Of a stretch of DNA of 64,000 nucleotides, positions 39,643-54,657 are shown one piece after another. Both the position numbers and the translations under genes were made by a program. Below the pieces are notes generated by a model. The model was given only the letters and a program-made list of their open reading frames with translations, was not told the origin of the DNA and made no database searches. The stretch is taken from the NCBI GenBank assembly GCA_037379345.1, contig CM074518.1, positions 23,932,001 through 23,996,000 of the forward strand, given 5' to 3'. Origin of the DNA: Perna viridis (taxonomy: Eukaryota). Within the stretch, counting starts at the first letter, position 1, and the number at the start of each line of letters is the position of its first letter.

Positions 39643-41714
39643 CTAAAACCATGATTAGACATATGATAAACAAAGGTAAATTACAATTGATATAAACAAC
39701 TGTTTGTTTATTTACAATATAAACAAGACAAGATCATTATAGGAAATCTTTCAAATTTAATTACTGATGTCATATTCACTTATTTATTTATGCAGTTCAG
39801 TAAATGCCTTATTGATTTGAAAATAACTTTGTTATAAAACACAGTGAATAATGAACTATAACAGGATTATGATATTACATTTTAAAATTTCGAATTTGTT
39901 TTTATTGTCTTATTCCTTTAGTAAGAACAAAAATGTTTACCGTTCAATTTTTTACCCATTGTGTTTGTTCATCATTGTTTAAAGAACTCAGAGCATAATC
40001 ATTGCATTTAACTTATATGTTTATATATGTGTGGATTGAGTTGTCTTTCTAACCATGGGACTGACGATATCAAAAAGAACATTCCTTTGGTTTTCGTGTA
40101 ATAACAAACTTAATTTGCTCGTATCCTTGAAACTTAATTGGTATTCAGTAATTATACTTTCCTCAACATCTACAATTGAAAACTAAAACACCGTTTTAAT
40201 TCAAGGTTAATATCAAGAAAAACAATCTATACACCAACAACATTTAATGAATGTAGGTTTAAACAAACAACAGACTTGTTAGTAGTGAGAATACACACCA
40301 TGAAACCACAATACTCATCATTTGCCTTGTTTTCATTTTACAATTCCATATTGTCATTATTTTAGTCTTCTTAAACTCGAGAACATTTTAAAAGGATGAT
40401 TGATTCTACGTTGTTTTCATAATAGGTTTTACTCAAGTTGTGGCGAATGTTGCCCAGATTAACATATATACATGTAGTTACTTTCTTACACGGGTCGCGC
40501 ACACATTTTTGTCCCTACAGTACTGGCCAGTTGCGACGTGTAATAGTAATAGTAATTGTTGAGAAATATAATCGATAAATTCTCTATAAGTACAAGTTTA
40601 GTGATTATTGGTGATATTTACGAATGCTCATTCTTTTATGATATGAATAATTATGTTTGATGTGTATCTGTTGTATGGAGCGCATTATTAACATGAACAC
40701 ATATGTCTTGCATTTACTTTGTCCCATCTATAGGTTGTACTTAGTATGCTGATTGTTTTGTACCGTTTCCGAAGGTCTATGATAAAACTGGCTGTAACCC
40801 ATTATAACAATAGCAACATGTTTATCGTGTTAAGCCGGTCATAAACAGAATATTGATATTTGCACATATTAAGAATATAAATCATGAAAATTTAAGCATA
40901 CGAGACATTAATTAAATTTACAGATTTGAGTTAATTTATCTTCCACAGCGCCGTCTTAATCAGACTTTTTTAGTAGCAATTTTTACTCACAACTCGACAT
41001 TAATAAACAAATCAAACTAAGTATTACAATAAACTATTTTTGGCTATAAAAAGTTTGGTAACCTTGGATTAATTTGTATCACCAATCCATTTCCCATTAT
41101 GAGAACATACAATAATTTGTGTTAATGCCATATATGGATTTCAATATCATTAAGTCGGCAAAAATAGACAAAACCAATCATTTTTCCTGTTATTTGGTTA
41201 ATATTTAAGTGCTTTGACGCCATGATGACTGGGTGTATAGGGTTAAGCCAGTGTTATGTCCTTATCTTGTGGTATGTACGTTTGTTCATAGTGAGTTCAA
41301 AGAATGGGGAACCAAGAATAAACAAATTGCCAAAACCACGGTGTTAAATTGTCAAAAGCTCTCACTGGCCATGGTTGCTCATCTGGATGTGATTTGTAAA
41401 ATATTCAAAAAAACTAATAAACTTCAACGTCAGTGTTGTTTGTTCTAAGTATACTTTGTTGTTGTTTACCAGGACAACATCCAATAAAAAAACAAACAAA
41501 CAAACAAAGCCTGGATAATAAACTTTCAAGGGTCTTTAATCATATAGCAACTAATAGATAAGTGATGACTATGTAGTGATCAAGAATGGAAGTTAGCATA
41601 TCCATGTCTGTAATCAAATTTCTCTACAGTATCCAAAAAAGTAACTTTTTTCTTATCGTATTTAACAAATGCCTATTCTTAGAAATTACAAGACGTATAC
41701 TGTAAGTTGCTTAC

Positions 41715-41763
41715 CATTTAAAAGATTGACAATTACCAATAGGTTAAGTACATAAATCTTCAT
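41715..41763 (-). CDS. Ig-receptor gene 2, signal-peptide exon
   Basis: MKIYVLNLLVIVNLLN|G with a gtaagc donor. Confidence 0.8.
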
Positions 41764-44700
41764 GTTGCACTGTGAAATTAAAATGACAGAAATTCCTTTA
41801 TTGTGTTAAACTTGATGAAGTAAATGGATTTGTATTGTTTTATTAAGGACCGAGCCGTTTTTGCTTTTTTTGGGATTTAAGTGATTTTGTTACAATTTAT
41901 ACTGTGTACTGCCACTATAATCACATTGTCAGAAGTTGTTACAGGTTGCCTAAACTACTAATGGAATAGAATTAAACAATTTATATCATTGTTAGAAAAA
42001 ATAACATTTTTTATTTATCCTGCAGTTTGATTTACAAAATGCATATGACAATCTCCCTTACCTGTTTTCATCAGCAATTCATCATGGACTCTGAACACTG
42101 ATTGGTATTTTTTTTGTTTGTTTGTCGTATTTATACTTGTAACAATACTTCCTTATATTAATGAAGTCGAAAGTTCATGAATACTTTAAATACATTTTAT
42201 AGTGTATTTTAGAGACCCTATTACAATCTACAAAATAAAATGAAATAAGGAAGTATATGAATCACTTACTCAGATTATTTCTTTTTTTTAAATATTATCA
42301 TGATTGCGGAATGAAATCTTGAAAATCTGAACCATGTTTTATAAAGATCAATTATGTAGCTATCTTTCATACCCGTTTGTGTGCAATAAAAAGGAAAATT
42401 CACATTGTATTTGAGAGGGTAAAATTTTCAAAGCCTCGAACTCAAAGTTTATCAGTGTTTAAAGACAGGTAATGTCTATAGAATCAACGTCTGATTTACA
42501 TATAACTGAACCCATCGATTGGTTTACACTAAACAAAAAATATTTTTTATCTTTATGTCGAAAGAAGATATACTAGATAATGGTTTGTGTATGTGTGAAA
42601 AACATCGACGTAAAAGAGCACAAGATACGACAATTGAAGATACAGAAATGACAATGAGCAATGTCATATGATACCGTTAAACGCGCATATCCTAAATTAA
42701 ATAAACTATTTATATATTAAAACTTAAACAGTATTGGTCAGTCAATGCATAATAGCAATAGCTGGCTGGCAAACAATCTAAAACATCAAATATATGCGAG
42801 ATATATGGAATGCTACCGACTACAATTCATGTATTCCTGTCCTTCCAATAGACTAAATATCATTGAATATAATCATTTTTTAGAATAAATAAAAGTACAT
42901 AATACTTATATTTCGCTAGCATTTCAGAAAAAGACGGCTAGGATAATATTAAAATTCGGTAGCCAAAAGCAATGCACAGAATTTAGATTTTATCCAAAAA
43001 ATTATTCCTGTTCTACAATATGTCATCATTTACGATGCTTTAATATCAAGTGAGGCTACCATGCTGATTTTATATGGTACAGCGGCTTCTAAGAAACTAT
43101 TTTGTCTGGTTCAACATGGAGAAACATTTCTTAAAGTAATAGTAGTTAAAAAAAAAAACAAAAACAACAAAAACAAAACAAAAAACAAAATGATTGATTG
43201 ATTGACACTCTAGCAGCAATATTTAAGCTATATTCAGGCGATGAATATGAAATGGGTGATATATATGAACATGACATCATGATGAAATTAAGAATGGGAT
43301 GGGACACGAGGATAATGAGGACTCAGATGTCTGACCTCTATATTATATTTATGGTAATGGCGGCCATGTTTATTAACAGATCACAAATCCCAATATCAGT
43401 TATACATGTAAGTAGAATACCTTAATGGACATTCGTACCAAGTTCAAATCCATGTGGTCTTTACAGTCGTGTCAGATGGTAAGATGTTTTAAAGTTTGCC
43501 CAGTTGTTTCAGAGGGGAAGAGTTTTGAGAAAAAAATTGCTGAGGACGGACGATGAAAGACGGAGGACGACGACGGACGCTGATTGATGGCAATAGCTTA
43601 CGTAGCCCTTTGGATCAAGTAAGCTTAAAATAAACAAAGCTTTCACTATGATCTGGTTACCTGGGAGCGTTTGTTTACCGTTCATATAAACGCACGATAG
43701 GAGCGTTTGTTTATCGTGTGTTTGGTGAGCGTTTAGCATGCATTTAGGTATCGTGCGGGAAACCTCAAGTAGTGTATTCCTGCACATGAGGTTGAAAGGT
43801 TTGCTTTGAATTCGACGTTTAATTTTTTTTCTGTTTGTAAACAAAGTTTTAATAAAGTGGTAGTTGTTACCATTAATTTTTAGATCAGATGAGGTGACGA
43901 CAGCCAGTCTATATATAATGAATATTTTGATTTTCATTTGCAGTCTGATTCAAAGAACAATTTAATTGACTTATTACATTGAAAGAGGATATCTGTATGT
44001 GTGACATTACGATGTTACTTAAATATTTATAAATTAGGTCGCACTATCATGTGAACTAAAGTCATGTTAAAAATAAAACCAAAAAGAAAAAGGAAATGTA
44101 TTTCCTCCTGATTTGTAACCATTTTGTATGTATCAAATTGTTCATACCTTTGTTAAAGTATCGAAATATTTATTTTTTATAAGGAAACAAATTATTAAAT
44201 GAAATAATTAAAATGACTTACATCATGACCACCTCAAGGTAAATACTATTCTATATTTCAACCCTACCGATGCACCTGGTCCATACTCCCAGTTTTAAGC
44301 GCAATCCGAGTTGCTTATTTACTTTTGCTGCTTTGTTTGTTTTATTGTGGTTATTTTATGTTCGTTGTTTTCTGTGTCTGTTTTTCATGTATAGTCTTTG
44401 CTTCTAGATGATTACATTATCTTGAATTCCGCTAGTGTCAACTATGTTAGATACTATTACGTAGTGGACCAATTATAAAATTACGAGCACTAATTGTATT
44501 ATAAGGAACAATTCATGGTGCGTAGTGGCTTAATGGTATGTTAGCAAGTATAGATTATTATTGAATCCAATAATATATAAGGTGTAATTTACAAATGAAG
44601 TCATTTTATTATACACTCTGTTGTTTGTCAAATGTACGTGTACACTAGACAACGATTTAATATCTGTAATTTACCTTTGTACTTCTATCATACAATAAGT

Positions 44701-47700
44701 TCAAAAATCATAGAGAAATAACTTGCAGTAGTTTTGAACTGGTCTGGAGGAGGCATGTCAGTTTATACATTTACGTAATTTATATTTTGTTTCTTTTTTT
44801 CATTGTAACAAGGGACTCCGACCTTGTGATCTTTAGGTGTGTTGAATTGTGTAATATTTATATTCTATTATTGTTAGATTTTAATAGAAAAGGGTTGCGA
44901 TCAAACCTTTATCGCTTTTTTGCGCATTTCTAAAGTCAGAGATGTCTGGCCTCTGTATATCTAATTTTGTTTTCACCTTTAGTTTATTTTTATGTTTTCT
45001 TGAGTTTATAGGACAACTATTACTACATACCTGTGTATACGGATGTTTCGTGGGTTGCTGCAGTCTGACCTGTGGTATGAAGGTATCCTCGTCCTGAATT
45101 AAAGACCAATGGGTTGTCTTGTTCTGACATTTTCCTTCCAAGGGTTGGTGGGGGGGATGGTGGTGGGTTGCTGTCGCTTTGACAAAAACAACCGGCTGGT
45201 GTGGGAGTTGCTGTCGCTTTGACATATACACTATACCTATTCTCGTTCGTAATATTATATTATTGAGGTTCTAGATTTTATATTTTGCACCAACTACGTG
45301 ATGATACCTATATCATTTTTAATGACGCCACTTTTGTCGTGATATGATTTGTACAAATTTGCTTTAAATGTGTTAGTTTCTGATGACTCGATTAAAACTT
45401 ACTCTTATGAAAAAACAAATATTTAACAACATGAAATAAACGCAAATGATTTGAATTAAATCTGTGTTATTTTCATATAGTCATATTTTATTTATGGTAA
45501 TGTCTTCGCCCATGTCATAAAAATATATCTATCGACGTAAACTCACTTTTATATTCCTATGATGAAAACAATCAAATAAATCTAGGTATAATTTAAAATT
45601 AGGTTTTCTAAGGAAGTACATAGTATATTGTTTGATATAAATGCCTTTATTGACATTACTGGCGAGGAATCTATTAATATACATTGTACATGATCGCAGT
45701 TATTTTCCATTTTGAAATTTTGCATGAACATGTTCAATTATTTTGATGAATGTTGTCCGTCACTAACTTGAGTCCAGACTTACTGTAAAGATTTTTAAAA
45801 TATGTTTGAAAAAATTGAAAAATTTCAATTTTAGTCTGTACATGACCATCGATAGTAACAGTTGTGGTTGAAAGAGTCGCAAGGCAAGGAGTGAATAGCA
45901 TGGAATAGGAAGCATGTATATGCTCTTATCTATATTTTGTTTATTTGTTTGCATATATATTTAGTTGTGTTCTGTCATTGGTTGTGGTGTTTTTATATCT
46001 TTTTTGTCTCGTTTTTTTTTTATTTTCATTGCAGTTCCATATCTGTTCCATGCATCAGCATCCCCAGTCAATGTTCTCTAAAGTAGAAGTTTTTCTTTAA
46101 GGCAATTAAGGTTTTTAGATGTTTAGTTTTCTGTTTAGGTTACCCATGCTAGATCAATGGTATTTTGTGTATAGTTACATAAGCATCACTACAGTACATT
46201 TCAATATGTGTTCCGTGCACATGCTCCCGTAGTTACTATCGTTTTTAATAGCAGCAACCACGTTCCTTGGCGAAACATATTTCTTAAATGACAATTTGTA
46301 TGTCATTGTTTTTATTAGTCCATGTTTATCTTGGTTCCCTTGTTTTCACATTCATGAACTTATCTTATTTGATTGCAGATGTCAAAGTTTGATTTAAAAC
46401 CGTTCGATCTCAAACCATTCCATTGCGTGTGGAACTAACCATAAGTCTTAATTAGGATCACAATGCCATTTCACATTCAGGAATATCGTATACCTTTGTA
46501 ATCTTAATTAACTTAAATGTACACTATTACCTCTTTGTCAATTCATTTTAATTTTAGAAAAAATGTATTTAGTTTTCGATTTTGAAAAGATAAACCTTTT
46601 AATGATATGGAATAGGACCAAAATGTTTGTCGATTTTTTTTTCAGATTATTTAAAAAAAAATAGTACTTATGATTGAATATTTTAGATAGACAATCTAAT
46701 AATGAGCGGATCCGATCCTGGAATCCTGAATTTATGGACGCGAATTCCCGTATTTCGAATTGAAAATAAACAAATTCCCATTTTATAGGTACCCTTCGTA
46801 ATGGCAAAGTTTAAAGGTGAAGGAAACATTGGATAGAACTAAACCATACAGGTTTCATATTGCTATTAGGTTCATCTGTAAAAACAAAAAATACAGTTGG
46901 AGAGATTAATCAAGGGAACCAAAATTCTAGCGGAAATCAAAATATTGGGATCCAGGATAAAAGACCTGACAGGGAAAACAGACATACAAAACAAAGAACA
47001 TAAAATGACCAAACATAATACGTACAAAGCAAAAATGGTACATTAGCAACTCGTACTCCACCAAAAACTTACCGGTAGAGTTAGCGTCCTCTGCTTTTAT
47101 ACAACAAAAACAAATACTGTATATTTATTTATTTATATGTATTTAGACAGGTCAAACACATATAATACAAACATAAAATACAGTATAGATATACACATAG
47201 ACATAAACGTATACAGACCAAGACAATACATGAAAAAATAGCATTTATATGAAACCTTGAAACTTGACAAGGATAGCCAATAAAACCATACCTATACAAA
47301 AGTATGTTTTCCATTGGGGTCCTTAAAAAGAAGAATACATGGAAAACACTTGAATCTACACACGAAGCATTTCACATTTCCTAAAATATTAACAGTTTAT
47401 GTAAATACAGTCTGTTATAAAAAAGTGACATTTTGTTGTTAAACATAAATAAATTCATTTTCTTTTCTCCTTTTGGCTCCTTCCTGTATAAAAAGTTTAA
47501 CTTCAGTTTTGAAAAAAAATGTGTTCGTTGTATTTTTAACAGTAAGTGGTAATTTGTTCCAAGTTTGTATAGCATGATATATGAAACTATCTTTACTACA
47601 TAACTTACAATTAGGTATACTATAATTTAATCTTGAAGCACCCCTTGTTTTCACACAAATATTCAGGTGCAGTACCATGGTAAATATTAAAAAACAAGGT

Positions 47701-48399
47701 TTAATTCTGAGTTGATTCACTCTATCTGGCACCGAAAGCATATTGACACTGTCATTTTTTTTCTTCAAAATTTACGCTTGTTCTGGTCCTGGCCGAGACC
47801 AGAAACCTTAAACTTTGTTTTGCAAGATGTGCAATTCTTGGGCAATCCCGCCCCTTAACTACTGAACCAAAGGGCACATGAATAATCAAAATAACATTGT
47901 ATCAAAGAAGTTGACAGTGTTATTCTCTATCTGGAATCAAGACATTTAGCATTCTTATATAACATTTCAGTCTTCCATTGACTTTAGAAACAATATTTGA
48001 CACTAATTTTTCAAAGTTCAAATTTCTATCAATATAAACTCCGAGATATTTGACAACATCCGTAGCTTTAATTACAAATTGTGATTTGTTTGATTTTTTT
48101 TCTTTAGGGACCAAATACCATACATTTGGTTTTACCTAAATCCAATGTTAATTTATTATCAATCAGCCAGTCTGAACACTGACTAACACACTTCCTAATG
48201 TGTTTAATATTACATTTGGATCTACATGTTAATATTATTTTATTAAAGTGTCACCATCATTTACATTACATATTACATATCAATAAAAGAACATAGTTAT
48301 CGTAAAAGATTCCAACCGATAACAGGCGATAACGGCTTATGAGACACTACGAATTTAACAAACCAGAGTAAGCAAGATGAAAAATAATTATATACGATA

Positions 48400-48810
48400 A
48401 CGCTTAAAACTGTATACTAAATGAATGCATGTTATCTATAAAACATTTTATGTACAACTGGTTAAAATTGGAACCATTTTTATATTTTACATTAAAAAAT
48501 CGTGTTTGTTATCGATATCAAACAGGTAAAAAGTCCTTATTAAAAGCACAGGCATTGGTGAATAAATCTTGTCGTAAATCTGAGAAAAAAATACATTCAA
48601 ATAAATAGTGCGTCTCATCTTCTGTACTACTATTGTTACAGTACATACATAAACATTCATTCAGAGGTAAAGGTGGTCTATTATATCTGCCCGTTTCAAT
48701 TTTGACTTGTAGTGAACCAGATCTGGACAATGACAAAACACGTCTATGATTTCATTTTTTTTACAAATTTAACAGAATTTTCCGTGCAAAGATAATGTTC
48801 AAACAATCTA
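48400..48810 (-). mobile_element. Non-LTR retrotransposon C-terminal zinc-knuckle fragment
   Basis: ORF 48518-48736: IETGRY...CMYC....EDETHYLFEC, a CCHC motif of LINE ORF2 C-termini. Confidence 0.7.
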
Positions 48811-50868
48811 TGTAGACACCCACCGAGTTGTTCATAAAAAGTCATGTCCTGGGTAGACGCAAGAGGAAAAGGAAAATATGTCATGTCGAACAAATCGATT
48901 CTTATTGATGAATTACTTTATGTGAAGCAAAACATTCTCACATTTAAAAAATAAATAAGTCTTTGCTGTTTAAAAAAATTGTAACAGACAATTAATTTCA
49001 TTACGTCACGAAAAATGTAACAATAACTTTTGACATCAGATTTTTTCGGTCGTAAAAGAATCTTAGATACATTTTTCATCTACGCTGTACCTAACGCAAT
49101 GTTGCAAATTACAAGTACAAACCCTTAAAGTTTAATAGAAACGGGCTTTATTGTCCTTTGTTAATTGTGATCCACGTCGAGCGCAGTTTTGTGAAATATA
49201 AATGTATATGGTAATTTTCTTCAGTTACTATCATACTTGGATGTCCGAAAAGGTCTTCAATGAGAAAAAGCTAGCACTTAATAAACTACACTTAGTAACG
49301 TTATTGTTTTATGTTTGTGTATACAAATAATCGATGTTTGTTTGAAAGTGGTGAGTAAACAGTACAGTCATGTAAGTTTTAATCTAATTCTTTACAGTTA
49401 TCAATGGCCAACATCTACATGACATAATTTCACTAGGCTATTTCTGTATATTGGGTTTCATCCTCATCTGCGTTTGCTACGTCCTATAAATGATAAATAA
49501 AATGAGAGGCTTAAAATCTAACATAAATGGACTGTACTGTACATTTTAGTATGACCTTCATTTGATGATATTATAATTAAAGTATTACCGACATCCTAGG
49601 CGGAAGATTTTTATGATATATGCATAGTACAGACAAAATCAAAGTATTACTAATAACTAGCTTCAAAAACTTGATATTGTTTTATAAAATGTGATAAACA
49701 ATATACATTTGAGTCCCTTTCAGTTCCTAGTTTTAAGCCACTTTAACTGTAAAGAAAGAACTGACTAGTTGAACATGTACGTGATCCCTTGCAAAATAGA
49801 AGATCCAATGTTATTTTTTAAGAGGTTATTGGTTTTTAACTTTAATTGATGCCAGAAATTACACAAATAATAACTAATGCAGCATAACAATTTGCTTTCA
49901 TAATTATTTCCAGAGGTTTTTTAATTACCATTATATGTTAACAGAGTAAATACATTTCATTTATTGATACACGAAACGTTGTTGTTGTATTGCGCTAGAC
50001 TTCTTCTGGAACAGGGTCATGTTGCTACAAGATTAAAGAATTGAAGTCATCACTAAAGAAATTTTATGGTCGCCATCATGAACTCGTGGATCCTTTCGAG
50101 GCATCCATCAGCACCTTGAAAATTGATTTGTTCATCGTGTTATAGTTTTCCTTTCCTCTTTTGTCTACCCAGGACTTGACTTTTTATGAGCAACTCGGCG
50201 GGAGTTTCTAGAAAAGCAGAGGACGCTTACCCTAACGGTACACCTGGTTCATGCTCCAAGTTTTTAGTGGAGTCCGAGTTGCTCATTTACATTTGTTACT
50301 TTGTACATATTATTTTAGTTGCTTAATGTTCTTTGTTGCGTACGTCTGTTATCCGTGTTTGGTCTTTGTCCCTGGGTTGCTTACTTTTGATTTTCGCGAG
50401 AACCTTTGTATATATATATATTTGAATTTGACAGTTTTTACATCGTTGGGAATTGTGCAGACCTTTCTATATATAGATATTTCTATTTTTTGAATATTTC
50501 TTTTGAAATAACGCCTTTTTGAATAAAGAGGCAGTGCTAAATGTGTGACTAATCAGAATGTGAAGAAACCAATTGCTCATCTAATTTAATATACAACAAA
50601 TGTATTTCTTTTTCTGTTTCGGTTATAATTTTTTGGAAAATTTTCAGCATTAAGACGACTAGCATTTATGGAAATAACCATGGGAACTAATATCTACTGG
50701 TATTTCCTGACCATCTATATAGAAAAAAAACAGTCCATACAAACATATGAATTTAATTATTTAATTTGTTCATAAGCAAGGACATATGGCACCAGAGAAG
50801 ATATAAGCATGTTCGCTGAAGAAGTAGGATGCAAAAAAGAAAATGCAAGTGTAGTCTAACTTTGATAG

Positions 50869-51318
50869 AGTAATCAAGGGAACCAAGGTTATAGCGGTAA
50901 TCAAAAGAATGTAACCTAGGGACAAAGACCAGACATGGAAGACAGACATACACAACAAAGAACATAAAGTAACTAAAATCACACATACAAAGTAACAAAA
51001 GTAAATGTGCAACTCGGACTCCACTAAAAACTGGGAGAATGGACCAGGTGCACCGGTAGGGTAAGCGACCTCTTCTTTTCTAGAAACACCCGCCGAGTTG
51101 CTCATAAAAAGTCAAGTCCAGGAAAAGGAAAAACTATGGCCCGTTGAAAATATCAGTTTTCATGGTGCTGATGGATACACAATAACAATCCACGAGTTCA
51201 TGATAAGGACCATAAAACTTCTGTAGTGATGATTTCAATCTTGTAGCAACATAACCCTGTTCTAGAAGCCTATTTGTTAGAGTTCTAGCACGATATAAAA
51301 AGTCTCTATAGTTTCGGC
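50869..51318 (-). mobile_element. Naiad 3' fragment present only downstream of gene 3
   Basis: The empty site tttgatagattacg is present at ~34065-34078. Confidence 0.9.
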
Positions 51319-52021
51319 AGATTACGCAATGTTAAGCTATAGATATCCCACTGAAAATACTTATTCAATTGTTTGAAACCGCATACGGGTTTACTTTTTA
51401 TTCTAATCCCATTATCAAATCAATGAAGCCAAGTTTCAGTTGTACTTTGTATGAATGAAAGCATGGTCAATTGATGCAAAATTTAACACATTTAACATCA
51501 ATGTTACAAGGTTCTTATTGAAAATTTACCATCACCTTTAGCCATGAGTGACATATAGCCCTGCGATATTGAAGTGTTAAATTCTGCTGATCTATTCTGA
51601 AGGCAAATCTCAATGGTTATTTGAATTAGTAGAACATGAAGAGCTATAACGAAATAACCGAACTGAAAAATGTATCAAGGTAAACCGAAAAAAGATTATA
51701 CAAATGGGATGTCCGTTTTTTTCAAATGACAAAAAGAGGCTAAAAATCTTAACTTTTGAAACATCCGCATTGGCCCTGATGCAAATAGTCGATTTAGCTA
51801 GTTAAGATATTTTTTTAACGTAAAAGGGTAGGTAAGCCTGGATATTTCATCGTAACCATTCAGCATTGGAACTCAAAGCTCTTTGACACATTTTCTAAAT
51901 AAAAGACACATATCTTTCAATTAGACAATCGTTCATCTGCTATATATGTATTAGTTGAAATCCCTACATTTATTACCTGTCCAACGTAACAATATGGGTA
52001 TTGGTAAAGTGCAATACCTTG

Positions 52022-53510
52022 GCTAAAAATCTTGGATACAAATAAAGCATTAGGTCCTGATCTGATAAACTTCCGCTTGTTCAAAGAAGCAGTTTCCGTG
52101 TTAAGGTTTCCATCATGGACATTTGTTAACTTGTCACTCTCATTTTCTGACTTCTCAATTGAATGGAAGAAAGCAAATGTAACGCCTATTTTCAAAAATA
52201 ATACCCCCATTAAATGAAAAATCATCAACCAATTTCATTATTATGTATTCTTTCTAAATGCTTTGAAGATATGTCTATAAACACGTCCACAATTTTGTGT
52301 TTGGAAACAAGATTATCACTCCAAGTCTGTCTGGGTTTACGAAAAGTGATTCAACGGTAAATCAATTAGTTAGTTTTTCGAATGATATTGGTTGAGCTCT
52401 TGCTAGTGGAAAAGAAATAAGAAACGTATTTTGAGATATAAGTAAAGCGTTCGACCGAGTTTGGCATGCTGGTCTCTTATCTAAACTGGCAAATTACGGA
52501 ATTACGGGAATGCTGCTACACTGGTTTATTTTTTTTTTGTTGGGGAGGGTTCAAAGGGTTGTCATATAGTGAAGTAACTCAGATTGGAGACCAATGAAAG
52601 GGAGGGTCTGCAAGGCTCCAGTTGTGGGACTTTTATTGTTTATATCATTTATCAACGATATATTATCTGACATTGGTGCGTCGATCAACCAAGAAACTCC
52701 AGAGTATTTGCAATCGTTAATTCCAAACTCGGTTGATTCCTTGAATGGATATTATGCTAGACAATCACAAATTATTTTAGAAATATACACGACAATTAAC
52801 TTCTACTCTGAATACTTTCTGCCAACAACAGTTAAACTGTAGAACAAACTTTCTCAGAATACCAGTAGTTCTAGCTCCACTAACAATTTTAGAAATAGGA
52901 TTCAGGAATATTTGGTAAAATGCCCAAATATTTACTTCATTGGTAAACGACTATGGCAAATATTACATGCCAGAATGTAAATGAACAATGCTTCACTCAA
53001 CGAACAAATGTTCAGTTGTAACCTTGTAAAGTCCACTAGTTGCACCTGTGGTCATGTTGAATCAACTTCCCATTTTTTGCTTTTTTGTCCTAAATATGTT
53101 TTATTACGAAATGAAATAATGTTTTCTATGGCACTTGGTGTACCTTTTACTGTAAATGTATTGCTGTATGGCTCAAATATTCTAAATGCCGAACAAAATG
53201 TAGAAGTTTTTCCTAAGTTCAGAAGTTTATTATCAAAAGTAATAAATGCTTCACTTCCATGTACTGCATCTCGTCACTAATTTTCCATTTTTGTTTTTAT
53301 ATTCGTTTGTCTTATTTACTAGTCAGTTAAGAAAATCATTCCACATGCATCTTCTTTAGAAAAAAATATTCTTGTTATTTTACTTTTACGGACACGGAAC
53401 TTTGTATAAGCTATTTAGCTTCTTTCCGAATCCTACCATGACTTCGTATGTAAATGTGTATACTGTATTTGCTTGTGCTTATATACTTAAATAAATATGT
53501 TTAAACTAAA
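52022..53510 (+). mobile_element. CR1-type LINE, paralogue of 34800-37348 with different internal deletions
   Basis: Same RT motifs; retains a C-terminal CTCGHVESTSHFLLFC zinc knuckle (ORF 52981-53280) that the other copy has lost. Confidence 0.85.
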
Positions 53511-53981
53511 TCCCTGATTATTTTGTAGACAGAGATATCATAATTACCTGCAGCTCGACTGCAACATCGCTATTTTCTTGTATAGTTGACCTGTTACCAT
53601 TTACACACCTTGAGTTTCTGCAACGTTCTTCACTCATGAAAAATATAAGATATTCTTATTGTTGTAATTGAAATGAGTTACCTAGTTTTAAATCGTAAGT
53701 AAAATCCAAAACTAAATGTTTAATGATCATAAAATTGGATTGCACATTTTCTTTAGCAGTTATATTTAAAGTAGACGTAATAGCTATGTCAGTCCTTTGG
53801 AATTACCTGTCAGCCCTACTCGTCTATTGCATGTGTTAGTTTGAGACTTTAGGGCATTTATAAAAATACAGGATTTTCCAATTCTTGAAAACAATGATTG
53901 CTTTTGTGAGATATCTTACGATGATACTTCACTTTAAACATCAATTTTACAATGTAAAACGTATTTAAATTAATATTTCAC

Positions 53982-54119
53982 CAGCTGTCAAACAGGACAT
54001 CAATAGAACAAATATCGTCGTTACAATCCCCACACCAGAGCATATAATAAGACAAAGATGGAATGTATCTAGACGTAAATGTTCCGTGGCAGTTTCCATT
54101 GAAGATGTGTCACTGGTGC
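53982..54119 (-). CDS. Ig-receptor gene 3, stalk/transmembrane exon (type B)
   Basis: 138 nt, phase 1/1; reads GTSDTSSMETATEHLRLDTFH-LCLIICSGVGIVTTIFVLLMSCLTA. Confidence 0.8.
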
Positions 54120-54603
54120 CTAAAATGTAAATAATATGATTTTATTTCAAAGTGAAGAATTTTGTCAATGATAATCCTTTACATGGGTTATAAAATTAAT
54201 GTCATGTTTCCGTTATCAAGTTATACATTCAAAGAATCTGATTTTTAAAATTCAAAAAAGTTATCTGTGAATATTACGATTTCTCATCAATTTGTTCAAG
54301 ACATATTTGTAAATGTTCACAATTGTTTTATTGAGTCGATATTTTAAGATGTGTTTAAAGGTAACTAATTTCAAATGACTAATTTGAAACAACTGCTCTT
54401 AGATCTTTCTTCAACTATAAATGTCTCACTAAAATCATCCGAAACATAGTAATTTTCATCTGTAAATTTTAAAGATATCCAGGTCATTTGACTGCCATTA
54501 TGACATGGATATTTCAACACATGATTGTTCTGAATATTTGCACGTTCATGTTTCACACTTGCAATGCAGAAAAACCCTGAAATATAAAAGTTTCTTTATT
54601 TAC

Positions 54604-54657
54604 CTCTGGTACTTTGATCCGTGGTTTCATTGACTGTCTGTGTACAGTTGATTTCAT
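54604..54657 (-). CDS. Ig-receptor gene 3, stalk exon
   Basis: 54 nt, phase 1/1; reads DEINCTQTVNETTDQSTR, identical to gene 2. Confidence 0.8.
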
